Counted from the stretch's first letter, positions 38,232-49,500 are shown. The stretch: 64,000 nucleotides of DNA from an uncultured Syntrophaceae bacterium (GCA_964394725.1 CAYMYS010000001.1:1763-65762), one strand, 5' to 3'. Numbers and translations: made by a program. Notes: a model not told the origin generated them from the letters alone.

Positions 38232-39557
38232 TCATACAAAGGGGAGCACCCACAGGAGCATGGTAATGACGTAGCAAACCACGAGAGATACGATAACATA
38301 GACGACGGTGTAGCTGAAGAATTCCTTCATGGAAAGTTTGCACTGATCCTCTTTTTCACCAAGGTTGACTGCGACAAAGAGGGCCGGTGCGCCAGCGATG
38401 GTGAGATTGCTCCCCAGTGTCCCCGCCCAGAGGAGCGCCCAGTAGAGCGGCCAGGGGTCTATGTTTTTCGATTCTGCCGCGAGATCACGAATCACATAGA
38501 GAAGCGTCAAGATATAGGCATCATGCTCAACGACGCCGCAAATGGCGGCGGATACCCAGTAGAGGGCGGTGACACCCAGAACAAGGCTCGACTGAATGTG
38601 GGGAACCAACCAGTGGGCAACGGCCTCTATGGCGCCTCCCTTTTCCAGACCGCCCACCAGTGCAAAGAGACAGATATAGAACATGACTGCACGCCAGTCC
38701 AGTTCCGACAGGATTTCTTCAAAGGAGGGCACGTCCAGTTTTTTCTTGAACACTTCAAGCAGAAAGACCAGTATGGCAGCGCCGCTCAAGGTAATCCAGC
38801 CCAGGTGCACGCCAAAAATGGGGCGGATCGCCATAGCAACAATCGTCCCCACAAAGACCAGACAGACCAGCCAGGCAAAGAGTTTGTTTTTGATGTGTTC
38901 CCCGGGATTCAGATCATCGGGATTAAAGTCCATCTGTTGTCCCTGATATTTCTTGACGAAAATCTTATAGAAGACAAAAACCACCACGGCATATGTGGCG
39001 GTGAGGACAAATAAGGAAGAGGGACGTCCCGAATGCCATATAAAACCATCGAATTCAATCCCCGCTACGGAATGCAGCAGCTGGGGGGGAAGATCGCCCA
39101 GCAGGAGGGCAGTCCCCATAAAATTTGAGCACAAGCCGATGAAGAGTACGGCACCGCAGGCCTTGAAGTGGTACTGTCGGCTTACGGCAAAGAGGACGGG
39201 CGCCATCATCAGGACTACGACAACATTATCCACGAGAATGGAAATAAAGCCGGCAGCGGTCCCAATCAGCGTTATAAAGAGGGCAACGTTTCCCTTTGAA
39301 AGAACGAGCAGTTTTGCCGCGAGGTACTCGGGCAGGCCTGTTTTACCCAGATAGGTTGCAATGATCCATATGCCGATGAGTATGAAGATAACGTTCCAGT
39401 CCACGACCTGAAAGGCATCGAAATCCGTCATAACGCCACAAATGATCATTGCCAGGATACCGAGAAAGGCTGCAATGACCGTGTCGATGACACCGGTAAT
39501 AATCAGAATGATAGCGGCGGAAAATATTATGATTGACGTAAGCATCATCGCTTCCAT
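38232..39557 (-). CDS. ArsB/NhaD (CitMHS-like) superfamily anion permease
   Basis: 441-aa polytopic membrane protein with an internal two-fold repeat, typical of the ArsB/NhaD permease superfamily. Confidence 0.7.
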   Translation of the reverse strand: MEAMMLTSIIIFSAAIILIITGVIDTVIAAFLGILAMIICGVMTDFDAFQVVDWNVIFILIGIWIIATYLGKTGLPEYLAAKLLVLSKGNVALFITLIGTAAGFISILVDNVVVVLMMAPVLFAVSRQYHFKACGAVLFIGLCSNFMGTALLLGDLPPQLLHSVAGIEFDGFIWHSGRPSSLFVLTATYAVVVFVFYKIFVKKYQGQQMDFNPDDLNPGEHIKNKLFAWLVCLVFVGTIVAMAIRPIFGVHLGWITLSGAAILVFLLEVFKKKLDVPSFEEILSELDWRAVMFYICLFALVGGLEKGGAIEAVAHWLVPHIQSSLVLGVTALYWVSAAICGVVEHDAYILTLLYVIRDLAAESKNIDPWPLYWALLWAGTLGSNLTIAGAPALFVAVNLGEKEDQCKLSMKEFFSYTVVYVIVSLVVCYVITMLLWVLPFV

Positions 39558-39619
39558 AGATACTCCTCTCGGGTGAAATGAAAAATCGGTTTCGCAGGAA
39601 TTCCCTTTTAATGTACTGA

Positions 39620-39648
39620 CATATATGGGATTGGGATCTGCGTGTCAA
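39620..39648 (-). promoter_or_regulatory. Putative sigma70 promoter for the permease gene
   Basis: Minus strand reads TTGACA (39648-43), a 17-nt spacer, then TATATG (39625-20). Confidence 0.45.
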
Positions 39649-39763
39649 CATTTTTATAGGCACGATAAGGGCGGGTTATAAAGGTAACAGTTCCCGGTTA
39701 TCAGTTCACAGTTTTTTTAACCTGGGCCGATAACTGTAAACCGCAAACATGCCCTATTTTGTG

Positions 39764-39792
39764 TTGACGAAGAGATCAAATAACCATATATT
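39764..39792 (+). promoter_or_regulatory. Putative sigma70 promoter for radA
   Basis: TTGACG (39764-69), a 17-nt spacer, then TATATT (39787-92), about 85 nt upstream of the radA ATG. Confidence 0.45.
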
Positions 39793-39878
39793 GGAGGCCT
39801 TATAACAGTTTCAACCAATTTATCGTCAACCCTGTGCATTCGGGATAAAGGGCCTATGCGACATGTGTATCATTTATT

Positions 39879-41240
39879 ATGAAGGGTAAAAAGACAGCCT
39901 TTTTCTGCCAACAGTGCGGCCATCAATCACCACAATGGTTGGGGAAATGCCCATCCTGCGATGAGTGGAACTCCTTTGTGGAGGAGGCCATCGAGGAGAC
40001 TGCTGTGCATGCCTCCCCGATCATGACTTTTCATGAAAGCCCTCTGCCCATCTCGTTCATCGAAGCAGACGAAAAGGAGCGGCTTACAATAGGCATAGAG
40101 GAGATGGATCGTGTTTTGGGCGGTGGTATTGTGCCGGGGTCGGCAGTCCTCATCGGCGGTGACCCCGGTATCGGGAAGTCAACCCTCCTCTTGCAGGTTC
40201 TCCACAATCTCGCCGATGGAGGACACAGGGTTCTCTACGTCTCGGGGGAAGAATCATTGAAACAGATAAAACTCCGGGGTACACGAATAGGGGCCTCGTC
40301 ACAAAACCTCTTTGTCTTCGTGGAGGTATCCCTTGAAAAAATACTGGGGCAGATTGCTGCGATAAAACCTGAAGCCGTCGTAGTAGATTCAGTACAGACG
40401 GTCTTTTCGGAAGCCCTCTCTTCGGCTGCCGGGAGTGTGAGTCAGGTACGAGAGGCATCGGAAAAACTAATCATTTCATCAAAGAAGAGCGGCATTCCAC
40501 TCTTCCTGATCGGACATGTTACCAAGGAAGGATCAATTGCAGGCCCCCGAGTCCTTGAACACATGGTAGATACAGTACTCTATTTCGAAGGTGATTCGGG
40601 CCATGCCTTTCGAATCATTCGCAGCGTCAAGAACAGATACGGACCGACAAACGAAATCGGCGTCTTTGAAATGAGGGAAGGGGGACTTACCGAAGTTTCC
40701 AACCCCTCTGCCCTCTTCCTGTCGGAGAGGCCTGAAAATTCGGCAGGCTCTGTCGTGGTACCAAGCATGGAGGGAACACGGCCTATTCTCGTGGAGGTTC
40801 AATCGCTGGTGGCTGAAACTACCTTCGGTATTCCGAGAAGGACGACGATCGGTGTTGACCACAACAGGATCTCACTCCTGGCCGCCGTTCTCGATAAGGT
40901 ATGCGGTTTTCATCTCGGGAATCACGATATATTTATCAATGTTGCAGGTGGGGTGAAGGTTGACGAACCGGCCGTAGATCTTGGAATTATATCATCGATG
41001 ATATCCAGTTTCCTCAACAGGATCATAGATTCAAAAACCGTCGTATGCGGCGAGGTGGGACTGACGGGGGAGGTGCGGGGCATCGGTCAGGTAGAATCAC
41101 GGGTAAAAGAGGCCTCCCGCATGGGATTCACCCGTTGTATTATACCGAAGAGTGTTGCAGTGGATGCTGTTTCGAAAATAGACATGGATGTGATCCGGAT
41201 AAAAAATATAGGAGAATTAGCAGACCATCTCTTTGAATAA
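39879..41240 (+). CDS. radA: DNA repair protein RadA/Sms
   Basis: Zinc finger 'CQQCGHQSPQWLGKCPSCDEW', Walker A 'GGDPGIGKSTL', 'KNRYGPTNE', and a Lon-like C-terminus. Confidence 0.93.
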   Translation: MKGKKTAFFCQQCGHQSPQWLGKCPSCDEWNSFVEEAIEETAVHASPIMTFHESPLPISFIEADEKERLTIGIEEMDRVLGGGIVPGSAVLIGGDPGIGKSTLLLQVLHNLADGGHRVLYVSGEESLKQIKLRGTRIGASSQNLFVFVEVSLEKILGQIAAIKPEAVVVDSVQTVFSEALSSAAGSVSQVREASEKLIISSKKSGIPLFLIGHVTKEGSIAGPRVLEHMVDTVLYFEGDSGHAFRIIRSVKNRYGPTNEIGVFEMREGGLTEVSNPSALFLSERPENSAGSVVVPSMEGTRPILVEVQSLVAETTFGIPRRTTIGVDHNRISLLAAVLDKVCGFHLGNHDIFINVAGGVKVDEPAVDLGIISSMISSFLNRIIDSKTVVCGEVGLTGEVRGIGQVESRVKEASRMGFTRCIIPKSVAVDAVSKIDMDVIRIKNIGELADHLFE

Positions 41241-41265
41241 ACCATAGAGGAGATTCGGACAGAGC

Positions 41266-41307
41266 ATTGAAGCCCCCGCAACAAGGTGCGGGGAATGGCT
41301 CTTCAGT
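41266..41307 (+). repeat. Composite palindromic intergenic element, copy c6 (between convergent radA and dut)
   Basis: ATTGAAGCCCCCGCAACAAGGTGCGGGGAATGGCTCTTCAGT. It ends 1 nt before the dut TGA (41308-10). Confidence 0.85.
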
Positions 41308-41754
41308 TCAACCGGTGTGACCGAAACCGCCGGAAGCACGTTCCGTCTCATCCAAATCCTCTTCCAGGTTCCAAGAAACCCGGCAGACGCGATTAATGAC
41401 CATCTGCGCGATACGATCACCCCTTTGTATTGTAAAGGGTTCACTGCCATGATTGATCAATATAACCTTCACCTCTCCACGGTAGTCACTGTCGATGGTT
41501 CCTGGAGAGTTGAGCAGCGCAACACCATGCTTGATTGCAAGGCCGCTCCTCGGTCTGATCTGGGCTTCACATCCCTCAGGCAGCTCTAAGACAATTCCGG
41601 CCGGGACCAGTACCCTTTCGCCAGGCAGAATGGTCTTTTCCCCGATCACGGCGGCAAAGATATCCATACCTGACGAACCGTCTGTCATATAGCGCGGAAG
41701 GGATATATCAGTATTACCGGGTAGCCTTTTAATGGATACCTTGATCTCTTCCAA
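41308..41754 (-). CDS. dut: dUTP diphosphatase
   Basis: 148 aa. 'GTIDSDYRGEV' and 'RIAQMV'. Confidence 0.92.
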   Translation of the reverse strand: MEEIKVSIKRLPGNTDISLPRYMTDGSSGMDIFAAVIGEKTILPGERVLVPAGIVLELPEGCEAQIRPRSGLAIKHGVALLNSPGTIDSDYRGEVKVILINHGSEPFTIQRGDRIAQMVINRVCRVSWNLEEDLDETERASGGFGHTG

Positions 41755-43875
41755 CTACTGTTTCTGCTCCTTCAGAGCGTCCTTCCTGCTCAGTCGTATC
41801 TTCCCGCCTCTATCGATCTCGATGACCTTTACATGAACCTGATCGCCTTCATTGATGACATCGGTCACCTTGTTGACTCTCTCATCGGCAAGCTGCGATA
41901 TATGGACAAGACCATCGGTTCCTGGAAGGATTTCCACAAAGGCGCCGAAGTCAACAACCTTCTTCACGGTACCAAAATATATCTTCCCCACTTCCGGCTC
42001 TTCCGTCAACCATTCAACCATGGAAATGGCCTTGGAAGCCGCATCTGCATCGCTGGAAGCTATGGTAACGGTGCCGTCGTCCTCGACATTGATCTCCACT
42101 CCCGTTTCACTGACAATGTTCCTGATATTCTTTCCACCTGAACCGATAACGTCTCTGATCTTCTCAGGCCTCACCCGTATTGTCGTGATCCTCGGGGCAT
42201 ATTTCGACATCTCTTGTCTTGGCTCGGAAATGGCGGCCCGTAATTTTTCTATAATGAACATTCTGCCATCTCGCGCCTGGTACAGGGCATCTCTCAAGAT
42301 ATCTTCAGTGATCCCGTCGATCTTGATGTCCATCTGCAGGGATGTAATTCCCTTTTCCGTACCACAGACCTTGAAGTCCATATCTCCGGCATGATCTTCA
42401 TCACCGAGGATATCTGAAAGGATGACTACTTTATCGTCCTTCTTACACAACCCCATGGCAATACCGGCAACAATATCCCGAATCGGAACACCGGCATCCA
42501 TGAGAGCAAGGGACCCGGCACAGACCGTCGCCATGGAGGACGAACCATTAGAAGAGAGTATTTCCGAAACAATTCTGATGGTGTAGGGGAATTCTTCCTT
42601 TGAAGGCAATACGGGAAGTAAGGCCCGCCTGGCAAGAGCTCCATGACCTATCTCTCTTCTTCCGGGACCTCTCGAAAATCGTGCCTCTCCCACACAGAAG
42701 GGGGGAAAATTATAGTGGAGAATAAAGGATCTCATCTCCTCGCCACTTACGTAATCCATTCTCTGCTCATCATGAGAAGTTCCCAGCGTCAGCATGGCCA
42801 GTGACTGCGTTTCACCCCTGTTGAAGAGGGCCGATCCATGCGTCCGGGGAAGAACGCCCGTCTCCATACTTATCGGTCTGATCTCTGCAAAAGACCGGTT
42901 ATCGATCCGTCTGTCTTCCAGCAGGATCATATTGCGGAGTATCTCTTTTTCTATCTCCTCTAAAAGCATACCGGCATGGAAGGTCTGACTTGCATTCTCT
43001 TCTGAAATCTCAGTTATGACCCGTCTTCTGACTTCTCCGATAGCAAAGCTTCTTTCCTTTTTTACGGGAATAGCCAAGACCTTTTTCATGTCTTCCTCGG
43101 CTAGGTCATATACCCTTTTTCGAAGCCCCTCGCCTATTTCCGCCACATCGAAGGTTCTCTTCGCTTTACCGATGGCCTTACTCATCTCATCCTGCAGCTC
43201 GATGGCAGGCCTTATTGATTCCAGACCAAATTTGATAGCCTCGACTATAACATCCTCTGCTACCTCTTCGGCTCCCCCTTCCATCATGACCAGTTCTACG
43301 GTGAATCCGCCTTCGGCATTTTCATCGGGGACCTTTCTCCCTACGAGGAAGATGTTTATGTCGCTATTCTCCCGGTCTTCTGCCCCGGGATTACATACCA
43401 ACTCCCCTTCCACCCTGCCGACGCGAACCCCTGCTATCGGGCCGTTAAAAGGGATATCGGAAACACCAAGGACTGTTGAGGCACCCAGCATCGCGGCAAC
43501 ATCGGAACCATTTTCGGTATCAAAGGACAGAACCGACGCGATGACCTGGGTCTCGTAGGAATATCCCTTGGGGAAAAGAGGCCGTATGGATCTGTCTATC
43601 AATCGGGACGTCAGTATCTCATTTTCATTGGGACGGCCCTCGCGTTTAAAAAATCCCCCGGGAATCTTACCGGCCGCCGAAGTCATTTCCTGATAATCGA
43701 CGGTCAGGGGCATAAAGTCTACACCCTCCCGTTTAGTTGTCTGGGAAACCACGGTAATCATGACGACGGTTTCACCATAGGTAACCATGACAGCACCATC
43801 TGCCTGGCCAGCCACATAATTGGTCTTCACGGAGATATCGCGCCCCGCGAGAGCCCTTTTAAATATTTCACTCAT
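41755..43875 (-). CDS. pnp: Polyribonucleotide nucleotidyltransferase
   Basis: 706 aa with two RNase PH domains plus KH and S1 ('GKIYFGTVKKVVDFGAFVEILPGTDGLVHIS'). Confidence 0.95.
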   Translation of the reverse strand: MSEIFKRALAGRDISVKTNYVAGQADGAVMVTYGETVVMITVVSQTTKREGVDFMPLTVDYQEMTSAAGKIPGGFFKREGRPNENEILTSRLIDRSIRPLFPKGYSYETQVIASVLSFDTENGSDVAAMLGASTVLGVSDIPFNGPIAGVRVGRVEGELVCNPGAEDRENSDINIFLVGRKVPDENAEGGFTVELVMMEGGAEEVAEDVIVEAIKFGLESIRPAIELQDEMSKAIGKAKRTFDVAEIGEGLRKRVYDLAEEDMKKVLAIPVKKERSFAIGEVRRRVITEISEENASQTFHAGMLLEEIEKEILRNMILLEDRRIDNRSFAEIRPISMETGVLPRTHGSALFNRGETQSLAMLTLGTSHDEQRMDYVSGEEMRSFILHYNFPPFCVGEARFSRGPGRREIGHGALARRALLPVLPSKEEFPYTIRIVSEILSSNGSSSMATVCAGSLALMDAGVPIRDIVAGIAMGLCKKDDKVVILSDILGDEDHAGDMDFKVCGTEKGITSLQMDIKIDGITEDILRDALYQARDGRMFIIEKLRAAISEPRQEMSKYAPRITTIRVRPEKIRDVIGSGGKNIRNIVSETGVEINVEDDGTVTIASSDADAASKAISMVEWLTEEPEVGKIYFGTVKKVVDFGAFVEILPGTDGLVHISQLADERVNKVTDVINEGDQVHVKVIEIDRGGKIRLSRKDALKEQKQ

Positions 43876-43902
43876 ATTTTCACTTTACTCCTTTTTATTG
43901 TA

Positions 43903-44169
43903 TTACCTTCTCAATCCAAGTCGTTTGATTATCTCCCTGTATCTCTCGATATCCTTCTTTTTGAGATAATCTAAGAGTCTGCGCCTATGTCCGACCAGTT
44001 TAAGAAGCCCCCTCCGAGAATGATGATCCTTTTTGTGAATCTTAAAATGCCCTGTTAAATACTCTATCCTCGCACTCAGAAGAGCAACCTGTACTTCCGG
44101 AGAACCAGTATCGCTTTCGTGGGTCTGGAAGTTACCAATTGTCTCTTTTTTCTTCTCATCAGTTAACAC
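43903..44169 (-). CDS. rpsO: 30S ribosomal protein S15
   Basis: 88 aa. '[35 protein letters not shown]'. GTG start follows AAGGGAGGA. Confidence 0.95.
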   Translation of the reverse strand: MLTDEKKKETIGNFQTHESDTGSPEVQVALLSARIEYLTGHFKIHKKDHHSRRGLLKLVGHRRRLLDYLKKKDIERYREIIKRLGLRR

Positions 44170-44382
44170 AGTCTTAAATCCTCCCTTATGTCAATATTAT
44201 ATCAGTTGGTAACAACTACTTCGAATTCCTGTTTTCATTTTTTGCACAAAGAGAAACGACAACACCAACTCACCAATAAATGAAACTGTGGAATTATAAA
44301 CCAAAACACACAATATAACAGCAAGAACTTCATTTCAGTCACATCAAGCTACGATCCCTTGCTGTCATGAATCATGGTACAA

Positions 44383-45315
44383 TCAGCCATTAAAGACCCG
44401 CAAGATCTTTGCCACATCACCATCGCCCCATGACTGGGACATATCCACTGAAGAAACAAGCATCCTCGCAACGGCTACGATGCGATTGTCTTCTGAAACA
44501 AATTTTACCACATCCCCTTCTGCAAGCTTCCCGGGACTATACCTTTTAAGCATATCTATCCTGGGTTGATATCCTTTTTTTATCTTATCCTCTACTTCCG
44601 CGTCGATTACAATCGAACAAAAGTGAGGCAGCGTATCTGCCATGGGAAGAAGATTTTCCCTTATAGCCCGCTCCTTTTCCTTTCTATTCAGTCCTTCGAG
44701 GATTATAGCCGATTCTTCTCTGAAATGCCCGCTTTTTATTCGCCTCAGTTTATACAGGCATGCTCCGCATCCCAATTGTTTGCCGATATCGGCGCATAGA
44801 GACCGTATGTAGGTCCCTTTCGAACAGGCTACTACGAAACTGACATAGGGCAATGCGATCTCTTCTACAATAATCCGATAAATTTCAATGGTACGCAGGG
44901 GAGGGGTAATATCAACCCCTTCTCTGGTCCATTTATAGAGCGGTTTCCCCTTGAATTTAATAGCCGAATACCTGGGTGCCCTCTGCTCAATGGTTCCCGT
45001 AAATGATTGTATCACATCCCCTATTTCATCTACAGTCACGTCGGGGAGTTTCCGTGCCACAACCTTTCCCTCCATATCGAGGGTATCAGTCTCTACACCG
45101 AGAAGCATGGTTGCCCGATATTCCTTATCATCTTCTACAAAGAACTGTATCAGTTTTGTCGCCTCGTTGATACATACGGGGAGAACACCAGTAGTCATCG
45201 GATCGAGTGTCCCCGTGTGCCCGATTTTTTTTATATTAAGGACCTTTCTGATGTCATGAACAATATCAAAAGATGTCTTGCCCGACGGTTTATCTACAAT
45301 CACTGTACCATTCAT
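44383..45315 (-). CDS. truB: tRNA pseudouridine(55) synthase
   Basis: 'GHTGTLDPMTTGVLPV', plus a PUA-like C-terminus. Confidence 0.92.
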   Translation of the reverse strand: MNGTVIVDKPSGKTSFDIVHDIRKVLNIKKIGHTGTLDPMTTGVLPVCINEATKLIQFFVEDDKEYRATMLLGVETDTLDMEGKVVARKLPDVTVDEIGDVIQSFTGTIEQRAPRYSAIKFKGKPLYKWTREGVDITPPLRTIEIYRIIVEEIALPYVSFVVACSKGTYIRSLCADIGKQLGCGACLYKLRRIKSGHFREESAIILEGLNRKEKERAIRENLLPMADTLPHFCSIVIDAEVEDKIKKGYQPRIDMLKRYSPGKLAEGDVVKFVSEDNRIVAVARMLVSSVDMSQSWGDGDVAKILRVFNG

Positions 45316-45365
45316 ATCTCAGTTCCCGTCTACCAGCCTTCGTCATTACTCCCCTTCGATTGTAA

Positions 45366-46328
45366 TTAATTCGCCATTGCAGTGCAAGTCGCATCTACGA
45401 GCCTCTTTTTAATGGTCTCTATATCTCCTCTAATCCTGCAAGCGGCGGCATTGGCGTGCCCACCACCGCCAAATTCCTTGGCTATGCGTGCCACATTTAC
45501 CGCCCGTTTCGATCGGAGGCTCACCTTGAAATCATTCTCCGCCATCTCGAAATAAAAGAGGGCGACGTCGGTTCCCTTGACGGAACGAACCATATCTACA
45601 ATCCCCTCTGTATGTTCATTCAAGGCCCCCGCATTCTGCAACATCTTTTGAGTCACACAGACAGAGCCTATCGTCCCATTTTCATAAAACTCCAGCGTAT
45701 CCAGTGCCATTCCCATCAGTCGTATCTGCGGCAGGGGCCTGGTTTCATACACAAGTTCCGCAATTAACCGGGAATCGGCGCCCCCTTCGACCAGTCGTGC
45801 GGCAAGCTTCAAGGTATTGCTACCGGTATTGGAATAACGAAACGATCCCGTGTCGGTCATTATTGCCGTATACAAATTTGTCGCAATATCCTTATTAAGA
45901 CCTACCCCCAATGGCGCCAAAAGCCTGGAAATGATCTCACCCGTCGAACTCGCCCCCTGATCGACAAGAGAATATTCCGTAAAATAGGTATTCGATAGAT
46001 GGTGATCAATATTGACGATTTTCTCTGTCATAGAACCTATAGTTAGGGCCTGATCTCCCGCTCTACCGAGATCACTGCAGTCAAGTATAAAGGCGGCATC
46101 GAATCTCCGACCTGGTTCGAGGGTGTGAACAATCTCTTGAGTACCGGGAAGAAACGTATAAACATCAGGCGTCTCGTCCTGGTTGTACACGACTACCTCT
46201 TTGCCCATAGCACGAAGAATATGATAGAGGGCCAGTGCCGATCCCAGTGCGTCTCCATCGAGTCTGACGTGAGCGGTCACAAGAAAGGTCTTGGAGCAAT
46301 ATATGATATCAACTATTTTTTTTAACAT
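45366..46328 (-). CDS. nrnA: DHH-family bifunctional oligoribonuclease/pAp phosphatase
   Basis: 'HVRLDGDALGS', 'NIDHHLSN' and 'GGGHANAAA' (DHHA1). Confidence 0.85.
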   Translation of the reverse strand: MLKKIVDIIYCSKTFLVTAHVRLDGDALGSALALYHILRAMGKEVVVYNQDETPDVYTFLPGTQEIVHTLEPGRRFDAAFILDCSDLGRAGDQALTIGSMTEKIVNIDHHLSNTYFTEYSLVDQGASSTGEIISRLLAPLGVGLNKDIATNLYTAIMTDTGSFRYSNTGSNTLKLAARLVEGGADSRLIAELVYETRPLPQIRLMGMALDTLEFYENGTIGSVCVTQKMLQNAGALNEHTEGIVDMVRSVKGTDVALFYFEMAENDFKVSLRSKRAVNVARIAKEFGGGGHANAAACRIRGDIETIKKRLVDATCTAMAN

Positions 46329-46338
46329 TCACAGTCTT

Positions 46339-46680
46339 TCACTTATGCAGATCAGCAATCAGTCTCTCGATTTTATCTCCGTAGTCAAAGGATTTATCAA
46401 AAATAAAGGTCAATGCAGGAACATAACGGAGCTTTAATCTCTTTCCCAGTTCCCTCCTTAAAAAGCCCGATGCCCTTTCAAGCCCTTCTTGTGCTTCATC
46501 ACTGGAAACATCTTCACCCATGGAAACAAAAAAAACCTTGGACAACCGGAGATCATCCGTCACCTTTACGCCCGTTACTGTCACATTCCGCGTCCGGGGG
46601 TCTCCTACCTGTTTCAATAAGATATCTGAAATTTCAGCCCTTATCAGATCGGCCACCCTGTCAGATCTCTTAAAACTCAT
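46339..46680 (-). CDS. rbfA: Ribosome-binding factor A
   Basis: 'RSDRVADLIRAEISDIL..DPR..VTVTGVKVTDDLRLSKVF'. Start set to MSFKRSDR. The track's ORF runs to 46710. Confidence 0.88.
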   Translation of the reverse strand: MSFKRSDRVADLIRAEISDILLKQVGDPRTRNVTVTGVKVTDDLRLSKVFFVSMGEDVSSDEAQEGLERASGFLRRELGKRLKLRYVPALTFIFDKSFDYGDKIERLIADLHK

Positions 46681-47014
46681 CAAATTTACCCTCCCTATAC
46701 CCACAATCACCGGTAGTATCGGATATATTGATCAGCTCAATCCTGAAATCAATCACACCGGCAATATTGAGACCTTCTATAAATTGAAGGATCTTATCAA
46801 GCTTGGAATTGACAAAGCTCCTATCGTTCCCCACAACAGCGAACCCTATCTGCCCCCTCTTCCATTCATCATTTGCGCCCACTTCAGCTATGGACAGCGA
46901 GAACTTGTTTTGCGTCCTGCCCATAATTCTGCGCAGCACACCCCTCTTATCCTTCAGAGACCTGCTCTCTCCAATAAATATATCAATTATTCCTATACCT
47001 ACTACCATAGCCAA
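46670..47014 (-). CDS. DUF503 (YlxP-like) protein
   Basis: 114 aa. 'SRSLKDKRGVLRRI' is typical of the DUF503 gene found between infB and rbfA. Confidence 0.75.
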   Translation of the reverse strand: MAMVVGIGIIDIFIGESRSLKDKRGVLRRIMGRTQNKFSLSIAEVGANDEWKRGQIGFAVVGNDRSFVNSKLDKILQFIEGLNIAGVIDFRIELINISDTTGDCGYREGKFDEF

Positions 47015-47019
47015 GAATG

Positions 47020-49500
47020 TTACAACCGTCTTGCAACCTCTTTTGTGGTGTATGTCTCGAGGATATCCCCCACCTTGAGGTCATCAAAGCCTTCTATCCC
47101 GATACCGCACTCAAATCCGGACTGGACATCCTTAACATCATCTTTAAACCGTCTGAGTGAAAGAATCTTTCCGTCATGTATCACGGTGCCGTTTCGTAAT
47201 ACCCGTATATTCGAATTTCTGGCCATTTTGCCTTCAGTAACGTAGCTACCGGAAATAACTCCTGTTTTTGGTGTCTTGAAGAGTTCGCGTATCTCGGCCC
47301 TCCCCTCGAAAATTTCTTCGTGGACAGGTTCCAGCAGCCCTTCCATGCCTGCCTTTACGTCTGCAATAACATCATAGATCACTTCGTAATCCTTTATTGC
47401 GACTCCCTCTTTCTCGGCCAGATCCGATACACGGGCCTCGCGGGCAACTTTGAACCCCAGGATAATAGCATCGGAGGCCGAGGCCAGCATGATATCTGTT
47501 TCCGTAACCGCCCCCGTCGAACTATGGATTATCTTGAGCTTTACATCGTCCGTACTGAGCTGCAGGAGCGCATCGGAAAGTGCCTCCACGGAACCCTGCA
47601 CATCACCCTTAACAATAACATCAAACTCCTTTGCCCCTTCTTTGATCCTGTCATAGAGTTGTTCCAAGGTCAGCTTTGACGTTTTGGAGAGCTCCCTCTG
47701 TCTTTCCTTGGTAAGCCAGAATTCACCAATGCTGCGCGCCTTCTTCTCATCCTCGACACAGATAAACTCCACACCAGCCTGAGGGACCTGAGTAAAGCCG
47801 ATTACTTCCACCGGCGTAGAAGGTCCGGCCTCTTTCACCCGCTCCCCTTTATCGTTGATCATAGCCCTGACCTTACCATATTCAGTTTTAGAAACGAAGG
47901 CATCCCCTTCTCTCAGAGTTCCCTCCTGTATCAGGACAGTCGCCACAGGGCCCCTCCCCCTGTCAAGCTGGGATTCAATGATAATTCCCTGGGCAGTCCT
48001 GTCGGGATCGGCCTTCAGTTCCAAAATATCCGCCTGAAGCAGTATTAATTCCAGAAGTTCCTCTATACCCGTTCTCATCTTTGCCGACATGTGGGCATAT
48101 ATAGTGTCTCCACCCCAGGCTTCAGTAACGAGTTCATGCTCGGCAAGTTGCTGTGTAATGCGATCGACATCGGCATTTGGCTTGTCAATCTTGTTTATGG
48201 CGACTATAATGGGGACACCTGCAGCCTTGGAGTGATTAATCGCCTCAACGGTTTGTTCCATGACACCATCGTCGGCAGCGACTACGAGAACAACGATATC
48301 GGTGACCTGTGCACCCCTTGCCCTCATGGCGGTAAAGGCCTCATGCCCGGGAGTATCGATAAAAACTATATCCCTGTCATTGATGTGCACGTGATATGCG
48401 CCGATTGCCTGTGTAATTCCCCCCGACTCTCCTCCGATGACATTGGTCTCTCTAATGGCATCCAGAAGCGACGTCTTCCCGTGATCCACATGACCCATAA
48501 TTGTTACCACGGGTGCCCTCGGTTTCAGTTTCTCAGGCGCCGTTTCAACCTTTTGAATTATTTGATCGTATTCACTACTGACCGACTCAATTTGATATCC
48601 GAATTCAGCTGCCACAAGACCGGCCACATCGGTATCGATGGATTGATTTATCGTAACCATCATACCCAATGAGACAAGCTTCCCAATCAACTCACCAACC
48701 TTGACGCCCATTTTCTGGGCAAGGGCTCCAACTCTTATAGCCTCTCCTACCTTTATCCGTCTCTTGATGGCCTTTGGAGTGGTAATTTCCGTCCCCTTCA
48801 TCCTGCCCGCCACGGCCTTTTTCTCTTCCTTCCAACTCCTGCGCCTGTCAACGCGCCCACCCTTTCTTGAGCGCTTCTCCTTCTTTTCAAGACTCTGCTT
48901 GACAAAGGCCTTCTTCCGTGGAGGAACTTCTTCCACAAGAACTTCTACGGGGCGTTTTTTCTTTTTTTCCTGCGGTGCCTCTTGAGTTTTCTTCTCAGGC
49001 TTTTTCTCCGGAATCTCTGCGACAGCAGGTTTCGCTTCTTTAGAAACTTCAGACTTTACCGGCTTTTGGGGAACAGGCCGCGGTATTTCTTCTTCTATTG
49101 GTTCCTTTGCTTCGGAGGCAACTTTTACTTCAGGAATTTTTTCCTCGGATTTCTTCGTTTCTTCAACGGGGGGAATGTCTTCTTTGGCCTCTACTGCCAG
49201 TTTTTCCTCAATCTCAGGTTCAGGGGAAAGGGCCTCTACCCTTTCAGCCAACGTGACTTCTTCTTCCTCCACAGGCTGACGAATGGCTCTCCTTCTGATA
49301 ACAGTGGACTTTATCCTTTGTTCTACGATCTCTTTTTTACCGCTGAGATGGAACTCCCTTTTTACCCTTTCCACATCGCTGTCTTCAAGTGTGCTTGAAT
49401 GAGACTTAACGGCTATTCCCAGTTTTTCTAAACGAATGACAAATTCTTTACTGTCCACATTGAGTTCTTTCGCCAACTCGTAAACCCGTGTTTTGGACAT
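47020..49500 (-). CDS. infB: Translation initiation factor IF-2
   Basis: '[17 protein letters not shown]', 'DTPGHEAF' and 'NKID'. K/E/P-rich N-terminal region. Confidence 0.96.
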   Translation of the reverse strand: MSKTRVYELAKELNVDSKEFVIRLEKLGIAVKSHSSTLEDSDVERVKREFHLSGKKEIVEQRIKSTVIRRRAIRQPVEEEEVTLAERVEALSPEPEIEEKLAVEAKEDIPPVEETKKSEEKIPEVKVASEAKEPIEEEIPRPVPQKPVKSEVSKEAKPAVAEIPEKKPEKKTQEAPQEKKKKRPVEVLVEEVPPRKKAFVKQSLEKKEKRSRKGGRVDRRRSWKEEKKAVAGRMKGTEITTPKAIKRRIKVGEAIRVGALAQKMGVKVGELIGKLVSLGMMVTINQSIDTDVAGLVAAEFGYQIESVSSEYDQIIQKVETAPEKLKPRAPVVTIMGHVDHGKTSLLDAIRETNVIGGESGGITQAIGAYHVHINDRDIVFIDTPGHEAFTAMRARGAQVTDIVVLVVAADDGVMEQTVEAINHSKAAGVPIIVAINKIDKPNADVDRITQQLAEHELVTEAWGGDTIYAHMSAKMRTGIEELLELILLQADILELKADPDRTAQGIIIESQLDRGRGPVATVLIQEGTLREGDAFVSKTEYGKVRAMINDKGERVKEAGPSTPVEVIGFTQVPQAGVEFICVEDEKKARSIGEFWLTKERQRELSKTSKLTLEQLYDRIKEGAKEFDVIVKGDVQGSVEALSDALLQLSTDDVKLKIIHSSTGAVTETDIMLASASDAIILGFKVAREARVSDLAEKEGVAIKDYEVIYDVIADVKAGMEGLLEPVHEEIFEGRAEIRELFKTPKTGVISGSYVTEGKMARNSNIRVLRNGTVIHDGKILSLRRFKDDVKDVQSGFECGIGIEGFDDLKVGDILETYTTKEVARRL

